Source of the DNA: Flavobacteriales bacterium
GTDB lineage: Bacteria; Bacteroidota; Bacteroidia; Flavobacteriales_F; PHOS-HE28
Length of the DNA stretch: 55,377 nucleotides
Reading direction: 5' to 3'
Assembly (NCBI GenBank): GCA_016788285.1
Contig: JAEUSW010000177.1
Span: forward strand, 1 to 55,377
Shown here: piece by piece, positions 30,557 to 40,994 of the stretch
Layout: each line of letters starts with the position of its first letter
How positions within the stretch are numbered: the stretch's first letter is position 1
Notes under the pieces: model-generated
The model's input: the letters and a program-made list of their open reading frames with translations, nothing else
Database searches by the model: none
What the model was told of the DNA's origin: nothing
Program-made: the position numbers and the translations under genes

Positions 30557-32053
30557 TCAGTGCTTCACCAGCTTCCGCGGCGTGGCCTTGCCGTTCAGGG
30601 CCACCACGAGAAAGTAGGTGCCGTCGGCCTGGTCGCTGAGGTCCAGCGTGCGCTCATAGCGGCCCTTGAAGCCCGTGATGGTCTCGTGGTAGATGCGGTC
30701 GCCCTGGGCGTTGTGCACGTCCACCACAAGGTCTCCGCGTTCGGCCACGTCGAATTGGACGCGGTAGAAGCCGTCGCTGGGGTTGGGCGCGCAGCGCAGG
30801 TCGCCCAGGTCGGGCGCACGGTCCAGCCCCGCCACGCCCTTGCGTTCCAAGAGGGCCCGTTCCTCGGGCGATACCTCCACGGCGCCCACTTCCACGTGCA
30901 TCTCACGCAGGATGTCGCTGCGCATGGTGCGCCGGAGCTGCTCCATTTCGCGGCGCAGCTCGTCCATCTCGCGGCGTATGGTGGCGCGGTCCTCATCGGG
31001 CAGGGGTGGCAGGGGGGCCAACGGGGCCAGGGGCGGCATCACCCACGAGCGCATGCGACGCTCGCCCAGGGTGCCGGTGAGCGTGCGGCGATCGCCGTCG
31101 CGCAGCACCTCCACGCGAACGGTCCCGCCCGGCTCCATGGCCGCGATCCGCTCGGCCAGGTCGGCGAAACCGCTGATCGGTGCGTCGTTGATGGCCACGA
31201 TGCGATCACCGGCCCGAAGGCCCATGCGCTGGGCCGCGGAGCTGTCCACCACGGAACCCACGCGGGCCCCTTCGCCTTCGGCCTCCGGTCCTTCATCACC
31301 GTTCACACCGAGGAAGGCGCGCGGCCCCATCGGAACGACCGTGGACGGAGCGTCGGGCTCGTCCCAGGGGTCGAGCTCGAAGGTGAAGGCATCCGGTTCA
31401 TCGGGCGCTTCGCCGAGCGTCACCCGGCGGTCCGACCGGTCGCCGTTCCGGAGCACCGTGAGCGTGACGCTGTCGCCGGGCTTGTGCGCACGGATGCGTT
31501 CCGTGAAGGCGCCGAGGCTGCCGACAGGCTCGCCGTCCATCGCCACCACCACATCACCGTCCTTCAGCCCGGCTTTGTCGGCAGGTCCGTCCGCGATCAC
31601 CTGGGTGAGGGCGATGCCCTGCACATCGGGTTCTTTGCGGCCCTTGCCGCTCTTCGGGGTGTTGTACATGCCGAGATAGGCGCCGAGGTAGCCGCGCGGA
31701 CCTTGGGCCCGGGCGAGCGCTTCATCGCGCAGGGCGAAGGCCAGGCTCATGTCCTTCAAGGTGCCTCCATCGCGCAGGCGGCGCAGGTCGATGATGAGGT
31801 TCTCGTCGGCGCCGAGGGTGCCCAGTTCGTCCATCACGCCCAGTTCGCGGAGGGCGTCCTGCAACGACCGGTCATCGCCGAGGTCGAACTCGCGTTCGAT
31901 CCGGGAGGTATGGCCATCCTCGGTGGTGGTGATCTCGATCCGCACCTTCCGGTCGATGGGATCCGCGCCGGTCCCCTGTCCATCGGACTGGGCGAGCAGA
32001 GCGGACGGGAAGGCGGCGAGGACGATGGTCGACAGGCGGAGCGCGGCGTTCAT
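30557..32053 (-). CDS. Secreted tandem-PDZ protein with coiled coil and T9SS C-terminal domain
   Basis: Signal peptide; GYLG..GPADKAGLKDGD and AFLGV..GLRAGD PDZ domains; PNPSDG...GTYFL CTD. Confidence 0.82.
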   Translation of the reverse strand: MNAALRLSTIVLAAFPSALLAQSDGQGTGADPIDRKVRIEITTTEDGHTSRIEREFDLGDDRSLQDALRELGVMDELGTLGADENLIIDLRRLRDGGTLKDMSLAFALRDEALARAQGPRGYLGAYLGMYNTPKSGKGRKEPDVQGIALTQVIADGPADKAGLKDGDVVVAMDGEPVGSLGAFTERIRAHKPGDSVTLTVLRNGDRSDRRVTLGEAPDEPDAFTFELDPWDEPDAPSTVVPMGPRAFLGVNGDEGPEAEGEGARVGSVVDSSAAQRMGLRAGDRIVAINDAPISGFADLAERIAAMEPGGTVRVEVLRDGDRRTLTGTLGERRMRSWVMPPLAPLAPLPPLPDEDRATIRREMDELRREMEQLRRTMRSDILREMHVEVGAVEVSPEERALLERKGVAGLDRAPDLGDLRCAPNPSDGFYRVQFDVAERGDLVVDVHNAQGDRIYHETITGFKGRYERTLDLSDQADGTYFLVVALNGKATPRKLVKH

Positions 32054-32104
32054 GGAGGGTGGGACTTGCACCCAAAAGTAGCCGGGGCCCCGCTGGGGGT
32101 CGGT

Positions 32105-32129
32105 GTTAAGGAACGTTAGATCGTGTTAA
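32105..32129 (-). promoter_or_regulatory. Phased GTTAA direct repeats upstream of the PDZ protein gene
   Basis: gttaa (32105), gttag (32115) and gttaa (32125) at exact 10-bp spacing. Confidence 0.55.
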
Positions 32130-32143
32130 GCCTTCCGCCGGTC

Positions 32144-35100
32144 TCACGGACGGACGAGCAGGCCTTGGCGGACGACGCCATCCCCCTCCAGCCGCACGAT
32201 GTACGCGCCCGATGCGGCCATGGTGAGGTCGATGGGGACCTGGGTGCGTTGGCCGGCAGCCAGCGTGCGCACCGATCGCCCGGCCGGATCGAACACACGC
32301 AGTTCGCTGCCCGCTCCGGCCGGCCGGTCGAGCACGAGCACATAGGAGCCATCCTCTGCTGTGGGGCGCAGGTCGAGAGGCTCGGTTCCCGCCGGTTCGT
32401 CGATCGCGGTGGCCGGTTCCACGCCGATGTCGTCCAAGGCCATATCGCTGTATGGGGAGTTGCCGGTGATCCCCCGGAAGCGGACCGACACGATGCTGCC
32501 CGTGTAGCCCGACAGATCCACGGTGCCCTGCCGCCACTGGTCGCCTTGGTCGCCGCTGATCATCGGAACGATGTCGGGCAGCAGCGCCCCGTCCACGAAG
32601 AGGTCCACGTGCAGTTCACCCTGGGTGGCACCGTACAGGTGGTACCAGAAAGCGAGCGCGTAGGCGCCCTGTGCGGGCAGCGTGAGGCACGGGGTGTGCA
32701 GGTCGGCGCGGCGCGCATTGCAATAGCCTGAGGACTCGAGGTAGAAGTAGCGTCCGCTCTCGGTGCCGAGCGTATGGTCCGTTGCCGGGCCGGTGGACGC
32801 GGTGGGCGTGCCCGCAGCGTCCACGCGCCAGTCGATGTCGTCGTCGATGCCGTTCCGCCCGTTGAACAAGGTGCCCACATCTGCGCAGGCGAGGTCGCAG
32901 AGGGCCGAGGAGGAGCACAGGTCGAGCCCTTCGCCATGCTCCAAGAAGGGGAGGCTTGTGGCGTCCATGGTGCTGTACACGTCGGTGGTCAGCGTGTCAT
33001 TCGGGGGGAAGGACTCGTTCAGTGCGGTGGCCCACACGCGCACGATGCTGCTGTCATCGTCCGTCAGGCCGTTCATTGGGGTGGTGAGATCCACAAGCAC
33101 GCTGTCCCCCGGTGCGATGAGCTGGCTCAAGGACTGCGTGGTGACCGGGCCGTTGTTCACCTGGTGGCCCACGGTGAAGTCCTGAACGGGCAGCAGACCC
33201 TCGTTGCGCACCATGATGGAGATCGGCGGTGCGGGATGGCATTGGAGCACGAGCGCTCCCGGCTCCACCAGGGCCACCGCCGCAAGGTCGCGTTCGGCCT
33301 GGCAGTTCACGAGCTGTTGAGGCCGCGGCAGCGCCAGCGAGCGCCGTGCACGCGCGCCGTTCGGCGCGATGGCCGTGACGGCGAACCAATCGTCGTGCGA
33401 GGCCTGGAGGCCGGTGAAGGTGTAGGTGGTGCCGACGGTCAAGCCCACACTGTCCATGTACTGGGCGCCGAGCTTGTGCAGGATGTAGCCGCTGGCCTGC
33501 GGCACCGCCGACCAGGAGATCCCCGCGCTGTCGATGCAGTTGAAGGTGACCTGCAGACCGTCGGCCACGGGCATGATGGTGAACGGTCCGCTGATGTCGG
33601 TGGTGCCATTGCGCTCCACACGGAACAGGGCGTTCTCCACCACCACGTTGCCCAGGCCCAGGTCGAAGTGGCGACGCACCGCAGGGACCTGCGGATAACT
33701 GCTCCAGGTGATGCCGCTATCGAGGCTGAGCGACACCTCGAAGGATGCCGTCCCTTCGAGCGCATCCCAACGGAAGCGATGGCTCTCATCGGCGGCCACC
33801 ACATCGCCGGCCAGTGGATAGGTGATGCGCGGTCCTTCGGGCAGGAACTCATGCACGAGGTAGTAAGGCTGCGGACCCGCAGGTACGTTGCCGCCGGTGA
33901 CCGTGAAGCTCCATGTGCCTGGCACGGGCGAGGGCACGGCCACCTGTTCCACGTTGTTCACATGGTCGGCGCCACGCTGCGCGGGAGCGGCGAGGATGCC
34001 GGCCACGGGCGTGTTGTCGAGCTCCCAGGGTTGGTGGGTGACGGTTTGCGGATCGGTGCCCAGCAGGTCAAGGTCGTTCACGAGCGCTTCGGGGGCCTGC
34101 AGCGAGGCTGCGGGGTCCATCCAGTACAGCATCACGCGCAGCTCGCCCACGCCGGCAGGCACCTCGATGGTGTGGACCTGCTGCTGGCCCTGGTCCACCG
34201 CGCCGGTGATGAAACGCTCCTCCACGATGGCCTGCCAGGCGCGTGACGTGTTCAGGCGCCCCCAGCCGTACGTGTAGTCCGGCCCGTCGTTGCCCAGGTC
34301 ATCGGCCGTGTTCAGCACCAGGGCCTTGAGGAGCCCGCTGCTGGGATCGTTGCCGAACCGTTCGCGCCAGCCTTGGTAGAGCACCGCGAGCGAGCCGGCC
34401 ACGCCGGGCGAGGCGGCCGAAGTGCCGCTGCCTGTCATGTAGGTGTTGTCAGGGGCGTTGCTGATCTGGCCATTGCCGTAAGCGCTGATATCGGGCTTCA
34501 GGCGTCCGTCGGCGCTGGGACCGCGGCTGCTGCTGTTCACCACCTGGTCGTTGTCCGTGAGGTTGGCGGTGGCGATGCAGTTCTTGGCGATCTTGTGTCC
34601 ACCGGTGATGTTGCCCCAGTCGCTGCCGGCGCCGTAGCCGCAGTCCTGTCCGCCGCTGTTGCCGGCGGAGAACACCTGGATGAGCGCGGGGTTGGCCACG
34701 GTCTCCTGGTCCACCTGGCGCGTCACCGTGGTGTAGCCATCGTTGCATCCGTCGCTGTATGAACTGTTGAAGATCACGGCGCCATTGTTCTGGTGCAGCG
34801 TCACCGTATTGGGCAGCGATCCCTGGTACTGCCGTACGATGATCTCAGCGCCGGGCGCCATGCCCACGTTGCGCGGGTCAAGGTTGCCCGCAGCGCCCAC
34901 GATGCCGGCCACCATATCGCCATGGTCGCCCACAAGGTCCTGGGCCACCGAGCTCTGCGACGTGCGCCCCTTGAAGTCGATGTGCGGCCCCGCGAATCCG
35001 TCGTCGTTCACCACCACGGTGACACCACTGCCGTCGAGGCCGCCGGGTGCGCCGGGTGCCGGGGCGATGGGGTTCACCCGGTGGAAGGTCCGGCCGCGGA

Positions 35101-35707
35101 TGTCCTCGGGCTCGCCGGTCACCGGCGCCGGAGCCACCCACTGCACGGCAGGGCTGTCCAGGAGCTTTCGCAGGGCGCGGCCGGTGAGCTGCACGATGCG
35201 CGAACCTTCGGAACCCTGCTCCTCATGGGGAAGGTGTTCCAGCACAGGCGATCGGTCCAATGAACGGCCTCCCAGGTCGGGCCAGGGCACCACGGTGACG
35301 GCCACCGAACGGCCGCGCCAGCCCTTGCCGGTGAGCGCGGTGCGCAGGGCGGGGTCCAGCTTGTCCGCTGGTGTGGGTGCGTGCCAGGCCATGAGCCCGG
35401 CGGTGCGCAACAGGTCGCGATCGATCTCGGCGGGCATGGAAACGGTCCACGCCTGCGGGGTCAGCGGGTCGAGGAAGCGCACGCCGGAGGTCTCCAACCG
35501 CACACGTTCGGCGGCGTTCAGCGTGTGGTCGAAGACCACGTAGCGGTGGATGCGGCCCGCGCGCTGCTCACTCCGTTCCGATGGCAGCGGACCTGTCCCT
35601 GGTCGCAGGGCCTCGAGGATGACCGGGCCGGAGCGCAGTTCCAGGGTCACGGACTGGCCGAAGAGGGGAACGGCAAGCAACAGGAAGGGGATCGCGGAAA
35701 AGCGCAT
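32144..35707 (-). CDS. S8 subtilase with MAM domain and T9SS C-terminal domain
   Basis: Catalytic VNDDG, HGDMVAG and GTSAASP; KPDI; MAM motif TGPATDHT..GRYFYLE...MALDDI; terminal CTD. Confidence 0.9.
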   Translation of the reverse strand: MRFSAIPFLLLAVPLFGQSVTLELRSGPVILEALRPGTGPLPSERSEQRAGRIHRYVVFDHTLNAAERVRLETSGVRFLDPLTPQAWTVSMPAEIDRDLLRTAGLMAWHAPTPADKLDPALRTALTGKGWRGRSVAVTVVPWPDLGGRSLDRSPVLEHLPHEEQGSEGSRIVQLTGRALRKLLDSPAVQWVAPAPVTGEPEDIRGRTFHRVNPIAPAPGAPGGLDGSGVTVVVNDDGFAGPHIDFKGRTSQSSVAQDLVGDHGDMVAGIVGAAGNLDPRNVGMAPGAEIIVRQYQGSLPNTVTLHQNNGAVIFNSSYSDGCNDGYTTVTRQVDQETVANPALIQVFSAGNSGGQDCGYGAGSDWGNITGGHKIAKNCIATANLTDNDQVVNSSSRGPSADGRLKPDISAYGNGQISNAPDNTYMTGSGTSAASPGVAGSLAVLYQGWRERFGNDPSSGLLKALVLNTADDLGNDGPDYTYGWGRLNTSRAWQAIVEERFITGAVDQGQQQVHTIEVPAGVGELRVMLYWMDPAASLQAPEALVNDLDLLGTDPQTVTHQPWELDNTPVAGILAAPAQRGADHVNNVEQVAVPSPVPGTWSFTVTGGNVPAGPQPYYLVHEFLPEGPRITYPLAGDVVAADESHRFRWDALEGTASFEVSLSLDSGITWSSYPQVPAVRRHFDLGLGNVVVENALFRVERNGTTDISGPFTIMPVADGLQVTFNCIDSAGISWSAVPQASGYILHKLGAQYMDSVGLTVGTTYTFTGLQASHDDWFAVTAIAPNGARARRSLALPRPQQLVNCQAERDLAAVALVEPGALVLQCHPAPPISIMVRNEGLLPVQDFTVGHQVNNGPVTTQSLSQLIAPGDSVLVDLTTPMNGLTDDDSSIVRVWATALNESFPPNDTLTTDVYSTMDATSLPFLEHGEGLDLCSSSALCDLACADVGTLFNGRNGIDDDIDWRVDAAGTPTASTGPATDHTLGTESGRYFYLESSGYCNARRADLHTPCLTLPAQGAYALAFWYHLYGATQGELHVDLFVDGALLPDIVPMISGDQGDQWRQGTVDLSGYTGSIVSVRFRGITGNSPYSDMALDDIGVEPATAIDEPAGTEPLDLRPTAEDGSYVLVLDRPAGAGSELRVFDPAGRSVRTLAAGQRTQVPIDLTMAASGAYIVRLEGDGVVRQGLLVRP

Positions 35708-35797
35708 GGGCCGAAGATCGGTTGACAGGGTGCACGTCGGGCTCCCGCCTGAACATGGAAGGCCTTCACCCTTGTAAACCCGCAGGGCGGGGATGGT

Positions 35798-36166
35798 TCA
35801 CGCCGGGTCCTGGAACCGGTCGAGGTCGCGCCGGTCGCGCTTGGTGGGGCGGCCTTCGCCCGCGGCGCGCTCGCCGGCCTGAAGGGTCCGGGCCATCACC
35901 TGCTTCTGCAGGTCCTCCCAGGGCGTCTCGTCCACCAGGTGCTCGGGCACGAGCTTGGCGGCCATGCGCGTGCGGGGCAGGGCGATGATGCGGAACACCC
36001 GCCAGATGGGCGGTTGGCGCACGGCGATGCGGTCGTCGATGCGCACCTCGGCGGCGGGTTTGGCCTCGCGGTCGTTCAGCCGGACACGACCGCGCTGGCA
36101 GGCCTCCGTGGCCAGGCTGCGGCTCTTGTGCAGCCGCACGCACCACAGGAACTTGTCGATGCGCAT
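35798..36166 (-). CDS. hslR: Ribosome-associated heat shock protein Hsp15 (S4 domain)
   Basis: MRIDKFLWCVRLHKSRSLA and GRPTKRDRR motifs. Confidence 0.92.
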   Translation of the reverse strand: MRIDKFLWCVRLHKSRSLATEACQRGRVRLNDREAKPAAEVRIDDRIAVRQPPIWRVFRIIALPRTRMAAKLVPEHLVDETPWEDLQKQVMARTLQAGERAAGEGRPTKRDRRDLDRFQDPA

Positions 36167-36199
36167 CCGGGCAAAGGAAGCGGATCGGCGCACAAGAAG

Positions 36200-36224
36200 A
36201 AGGCGGCGCTCATCGCGCCGCCTT
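36200..36224 (-). terminator. Terminator after tRNA-Arg
   Basis: aaggcggcgc-tcatc-gcgccgcctt, followed on the - strand by cttctt. Confidence 0.65.
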
Positions 36225-36225
36225 G

Positions 36226-36299
36226 TGACCCCGGCAGGACTCGAACCTGCAACCAACAGAACCGGAATCTGTCATTCTATCCAATTGAACTACGGGGCC
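36226..36299 (-). tRNA. tRNA-Arg(CCG)
   Basis: Reverse complement GGCCCCGTAGTTCAATTGGATAGAATGACAGATTCCGGTTCTGTTGGTTGCAGGTTCGAGTCCTGCCGGGGTCA. Confidence 0.95.
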
Positions 36300-36437
36300 G
36301 GTCCGTTCACGGAACGGGCAGGCCCGGCCGTGAAGCGCGGCAAAGATAGCGATCCGATGCGCCACCCGTCAGGAAGCCCTACCTTTGCCGGCCTTTTGCA
36401 CGGCCTTCCAACCCCGCCGCCCGCTGCGGTGCCTCCC

Positions 36438-38255
36438 ATGACCGACCTGCGCAACATCGCCATCATCGCCCACGTGGACCACGGCAAGACCACGCTGGTG
36501 GACAAGATCCTCCACCAATGCCAGCTCTTCCGTGTGAACGAGGAGGTGAAGGACCTGCTGCTGGACAACAACGACCTGGAGCGGGAGCGCGGCATCACGA
36601 TCCTCAGCAAGAACGTGAGCGTGCGCTACAAGGGCACCAAGATCAACATCATCGACACCCCGGGCCACAGCGACTTCGGTGGCGAGGTGGAGCGGGTGCT
36701 GAACATGGCCGACGGCGTGATCCTGCTGGTGGACGCGTTCGAGGGCCCCATGCCGCAGACCCGGTTCGTGCTGGGCAAGGCCATCGAGCTGGGGCTGAAG
36801 CCCGTGGTGGTGATCAACAAGGTGGACAAGCCGAACTGCACGCCCGAGGAGGTGTACGAGGCGGTGTTCGAGCTGATGTTCGCCCTGGACGCCAGTGAGG
36901 ACCAGCTCGACTTCCCGGTGGTGTACGGCAGCAGCAAGCAGGGCTGGATGGGGTCGGACTGGAAGACCCCGACGGAGGACGTGAGCCATCTGCTGGACGT
37001 GATCGTGCAGCATGTGCCGTCACCGCGGCAGGCGGACGGCACCCTGCAGATGCGCATCACCAGCCTTGATTACAGCAGCTTTCAGGGCCGCATCGCCGTG
37101 GGACGCGTGTCGCGCGGTACGGTGAAGGCCGGCCAGCAGGTGACCCTGGTGAAGAACGACGGCACCCAGCAGAAGGGTCAGGTGAAGGAGCTCATGGTGT
37201 TCGAGGGCCTGGGCAAGGAGAAGGTGAAGCACGAGGTGGGCTGCGGCGAGATCGTGGCGGTGATGGGGCTGGAAGGATTCGACATCGGCGACACCATCGC
37301 GGACGCCGAGAATCCGGAGGGGCTGCCGCGCTTCTCGGTGGACGAGCCCACCATGAGCATGCTCTTCACCATCAACAACTCGCCCTTCTTCGGGCGCGAG
37401 GGGCAGTTCGTCACCAGCCGTCACGTGCGCGACCGCCTGTTCAAGGAGATCGAGAAGAACCTGGCCATGCGCATCCAGGAGACCGACAGCCCCGACCGGC
37501 TGCTGGTGTTCGGCCGCGGCATCCTGCACCTCAGCATCCTGGTGGAGACCATGCGCCGCGAAGGCTACGAGTTCCAGTTGGGCCAGCCGCAGGTGCTGTA
37601 CAAGGAGATCGACGGCCAGCGCCACGAGCCGATCGAGCTGCTCACCGTGCAGGTGCCCGAGCCCTTCAGCAGCCGCGTGATCGACCACGTGACGCGCCGC
37701 AAGGGCGAGATCCTGAACATCGAGCAGAAGAGCGACCGCACGGTGCTGGAGTTCAGCATTCCCGCCCGGGGCATCATCGGCCTGCGGAACGTGCTGCTCA
37801 CCGCCACCGAGGGCGAGGCCATCATCGCGCACCGGTTCAAGGGCTACGAGCCGTTCAAAGGCCAGATCGCCACGCCGCGACCCGGCTGCATCGTGAGCGC
37901 GGAGACCGGCACCGCCATCGCCTACGCCATTGACAAGCTGCAGGACCGCGGCAAGTTCTTCATCGAGCCGGGCGAGGAGGTGTACGCCGGCCAGGTGATC
38001 GGCGAGAGCCCCAAGCCCGGGGAGGAGCTCGGCGTGAACGTGATCCGTGTGAAGAAGCTCACCAACATGCGCGCCAGCGGCAGCGACGACAAGGTGAACA
38101 TCGCGCCCGCCGTGAAGTTCAGCCTGGAGGAGTGCATGGAGTACATCGCCGAGGACGAGTACCTGGAGGTGACGCCCAAGAGCCTTCGGATCCGCAAGAT
38201 CCTCCTGGACGAGAACGAGCGGAAGCGCGCGGCGAAGAAGTTGCAGGAGGCGTAA
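36438..38255 (+). CDS. typA: Translational GTPase TypA/BipA
   Basis: [34 protein letters not shown] and [10 protein letters not shown] motifs. Confidence 0.97.
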   Translation: MTDLRNIAIIAHVDHGKTTLVDKILHQCQLFRVNEEVKDLLLDNNDLERERGITILSKNVSVRYKGTKINIIDTPGHSDFGGEVERVLNMADGVILLVDAFEGPMPQTRFVLGKAIELGLKPVVVINKVDKPNCTPEEVYEAVFELMFALDASEDQLDFPVVYGSSKQGWMGSDWKTPTEDVSHLLDVIVQHVPSPRQADGTLQMRITSLDYSSFQGRIAVGRVSRGTVKAGQQVTLVKNDGTQQKGQVKELMVFEGLGKEKVKHEVGCGEIVAVMGLEGFDIGDTIADAENPEGLPRFSVDEPTMSMLFTINNSPFFGREGQFVTSRHVRDRLFKEIEKNLAMRIQETDSPDRLLVFGRGILHLSILVETMRREGYEFQLGQPQVLYKEIDGQRHEPIELLTVQVPEPFSSRVIDHVTRRKGEILNIEQKSDRTVLEFSIPARGIIGLRNVLLTATEGEAIIAHRFKGYEPFKGQIATPRPGCIVSAETGTAIAYAIDKLQDRGKFFIEPGEEVYAGQVIGESPKPGEELGVNVIRVKKLTNMRASGSDDKVNIAPAVKFSLEECMEYIAEDEYLEVTPKSLRIRKILLDENERKRAAKKLQEA

Positions 38256-38332
38256 GCCGTTCGGCCGGAACACGGGCTCGAACGGTCTCGGCCGGGGGCA
38301 ACCGTTGATGGTCCATGCGTCTATCCTGCACC

Positions 38333-39766
38333 ATGCGTTCCATCCTCCCGTTTCTTCTATCCCTTGTTCTGGCGACCGCTTGCGGCAGGGCCGCGGGGCA
38401 GAGCGACTTCGTGTACAGCACCCCCGGTCTCTCCAGGGCCACCATCGGTGCGGACAATGGTGACATCCTGGCGGCCGATGGCAACACGCTCTACCGGCTC
38501 GATGCCAACGGCGGCCTGATCTGGGCCGGCTCCTACACGGCGTTCGAGCGCATCCGCGGGGTCCTTGAGCTATCCGGCGGCGACCTGATCGTGGCCGGCT
38601 CGATGACCGATGCCAACGGGACCGTGGTGGGCCTCATGCGCACCACGTCCGGCGGCACGCCGGTCTGGTGCAGCGCGATCACCACCGACGTGGTCCCCGA
38701 TGCCTTCGGCCTCGACTTCTCCACGACGCTGCGCCGGGCCGGAGCGAACGGGTTCGTGCTGTACGACACGTATGGCAGTGATCGCCGCCTCAGCCTGTTC
38801 ACGGGAAGCGGCGGGGTCGTGTGGAGCCGGCTGTACATCAATGGCAACTTCCTCAAGGGCATCGCCGTGGACGAGGCCCATGGAAAGTTGTTCGCCACCG
38901 ATGGCTCTGACCTCTACCGGTACGACCTGTCCGACGGCCACGAGATCTGGCAGCGTGGCTTGGGTGTGACCGGCACGGCCGTGACCATCGCCTGCAACGG
39001 CGACCGGCTCGGTGTGGGGTACACCGGTCCCGGCGCGGACGCCGCCATCGCCGTGCTCGACACGGCCGGCAACCTGCTGGGCGCGCGCGAATGGGATGAC
39101 CCGTGGACCACCCAGGGCAACAACCGCATCGTGGCTCGGGGCAATGGCTTCACGCTCGCCTCCGGCACGTTCGCGCCGGGCGGCTTCTTCACGATCCTGT
39201 GCTCCGTGGATGCCGCGCTGACCACATCGCACGTGGTCCGCTTGCCCGATGAGACCTTGCATCTGGAGATGGGCATCACGGCGGCGGATGGCGTGCTGTT
39301 GAGCGGAGAGTTCCTGCTCGCCCGGGTGGACCCCCTCGGTCAGGGGGGCTGCATCGATACCTTGGCGTGGACGCCGTTCGATCCCGGTCTGTCCGGGGCG
39401 AGCACCAGCGCGTGCGTCTACTCGCCGTCCGCTCCGGTCCTGGACCAACGCGCACCCGGTCCGCAGGCGGGCTCGGTGCTGCTCACGCCCGTATGTCAGG
39501 CCACGGCGGTGCAGGCAACGGGACGGACGGAGCTGCGGCTCCTGGTCGACCCCGGCGCTGATGGACTGCGTGTGCTGCATCCCCCCGGTACCGCCTCATT
39601 GCGCCTGTTCGACGCGCGAGGTGCGCTGGTCCTGTCCGTTCCGGCGGATCGCAGCGGCAGCAGCCTGCTGGGCACACGTGGACTGGTCAACGGGGTCTAT
39701 GGCATCGCCGCCGAGGATGGTGCCGGCCGGCTCATCGGCACCGTGCGGTGCGCGGTGGCGCGCTAG
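38333..39766 (+). CDS. Secreted beta-rich hypothetical protein with degenerate T9SS CTD
   Basis: Signal peptide; repeated D/T-xxG-xxxW propeller-like motifs; terminal LFDARGALV...GVY. Alternative start at 38315. Confidence 0.65.
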   Translation: MRSILPFLLSLVLATACGRAAGQSDFVYSTPGLSRATIGADNGDILAADGNTLYRLDANGGLIWAGSYTAFERIRGVLELSGGDLIVAGSMTDANGTVVGLMRTTSGGTPVWCSAITTDVVPDAFGLDFSTTLRRAGANGFVLYDTYGSDRRLSLFTGSGGVVWSRLYINGNFLKGIAVDEAHGKLFATDGSDLYRYDLSDGHEIWQRGLGVTGTAVTIACNGDRLGVGYTGPGADAAIAVLDTAGNLLGAREWDDPWTTQGNNRIVARGNGFTLASGTFAPGGFFTILCSVDAALTTSHVVRLPDETLHLEMGITAADGVLLSGEFLLARVDPLGQGGCIDTLAWTPFDPGLSGASTSACVYSPSAPVLDQRAPGPQAGSVLLTPVCQATAVQATGRTELRLLVDPGADGLRVLHPPGTASLRLFDARGALVLSVPADRSGSSLLGTRGLVNGVYGIAAEDGAGRLIGTVRCAVAR

Positions 39767-39878
39767 ACATCAACACCTGGGCCGGGCCATCGATCGGGCC
39801 GCCCCGGTGAGGTCGGTCCCCGTCCGTGGATCCGCGGAGGTGGCTTGAGATGCCGACAGCCGGGCCGACGACGCCTCT

Positions 39879-40901
39879 TCACCGCACGATCCGGACGATC
39901 GACACAGCTTCGTTCGACCGAATGGAGTAGGAGCCTGCGACCAACCGATGCACGGGCAGGACGGTGCGCTCACCCGTGATCCTGGCCTCCATCACCAAGC
40001 GACCGGTGGCATCCCGGATCCGCAGGGGCGTCCCTGCCCAGGATGCATCGGTCACGAGCGTCAGCTCCTCCGCTGCAGGGTTCGGGAATACCGTGAGCCC
40101 GATCACACCGGACGTACGCTCCATGCCCATGCTGCCTTCCAACAGCCAGGCCAGCGCATCCGCGATGTGCGTGCGAAAGAGCGTGTCGCTCGTGTAGTTA
40201 TCGGCCGCATGTCCGAGGGCGGTGTAGAACACCCGCGAGCCGCCCGGAAGCACGCGGTACCAGCTCATGGGGCGGGGTGCATCGTAGCTGTTCACCAGGC
40301 CGTTCGGACCGATGGTCTCCTCCACGCGCAGCACCTCCACGTTGTCCGGGCCGTAGTAGCCGTCCTCCCAGTAGTAGTACTCTTCGTTCTTCGCCCACGG
40401 GTCGGGCAGGTCGGCGGTGCTGGCGTGGGCCCCGATGTGCTGCATGGCGTACAGCGGCGTGCCGCTCACGTGGTTCGGGTTCTGCTGCACGCTGCCGCCG
40501 ATCAGCTCGGCGTAGAAGTCCCAGGTGCCGGTATTGCTGCCGTTGGCCGTGCTGTGGCGGTAGGTGTCGCTGGCGGAATGGATGCCGAGCACATGGCCGC
40601 CGCCGGCCACCCAGGCCTCGAAGTGAGCGCGTTGCTGCGGGTCGAGGATGGCGTCGCCGCTGGTGTTGGCGAAGACGATGGCATCATAGGTGCCGAGCAC
40701 CTGCGGGTCGCTGAAGGGCGCACCGCTGGCATCGTCGTCCACCAGCACGCCCTGGTCCTGCGCGATGCCCTGGAACAGGGAGAAGGACACGGCACGCGTG
40801 CCGTGGTCGAAACCGCTGGTGCGCGTGAAGTGAAGCACGCGGGGTTGGGCCTGCAGCAGCAGCGGCAACGTGAGCAGGGTGGAAGGGAGGAGCGGCTTCA
40901 T
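39879..40901 (-). CDS. ThuA-like domain protein with T9SS CTD
   Basis: FTRTSGFDH, GIHSASD, EEYY and RVFYTALGH; terminal VFPNPA...GSY. Confidence 0.85.
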   Translation of the reverse strand: MKPLLPSTLLTLPLLLQAQPRVLHFTRTSGFDHGTRAVSFSLFQGIAQDQGVLVDDDASGAPFSDPQVLGTYDAIVFANTSGDAILDPQQRAHFEAWVAGGGHVLGIHSASDTYRHSTANGSNTGTWDFYAELIGGSVQQNPNHVSGTPLYAMQHIGAHASTADLPDPWAKNEEYYYWEDGYYGPDNVEVLRVEETIGPNGLVNSYDAPRPMSWYRVLPGGSRVFYTALGHAADNYTSDTLFRTHIADALAWLLEGSMGMERTSGVIGLTVFPNPAAEELTLVTDASWAGTPLRIRDATGRLVMEARITGERTVLPVHRLVAGSYSIRSNEAVSIVRIVR

Positions 40902-40994
40902 CGGTGCATCGAAGCTAGGTGATCGAACCTGCGGGCGGTGTGCGTGTACGGGTGCGCAGAACGGATGCCCACGGGCATCGAAACCCCCACGATC

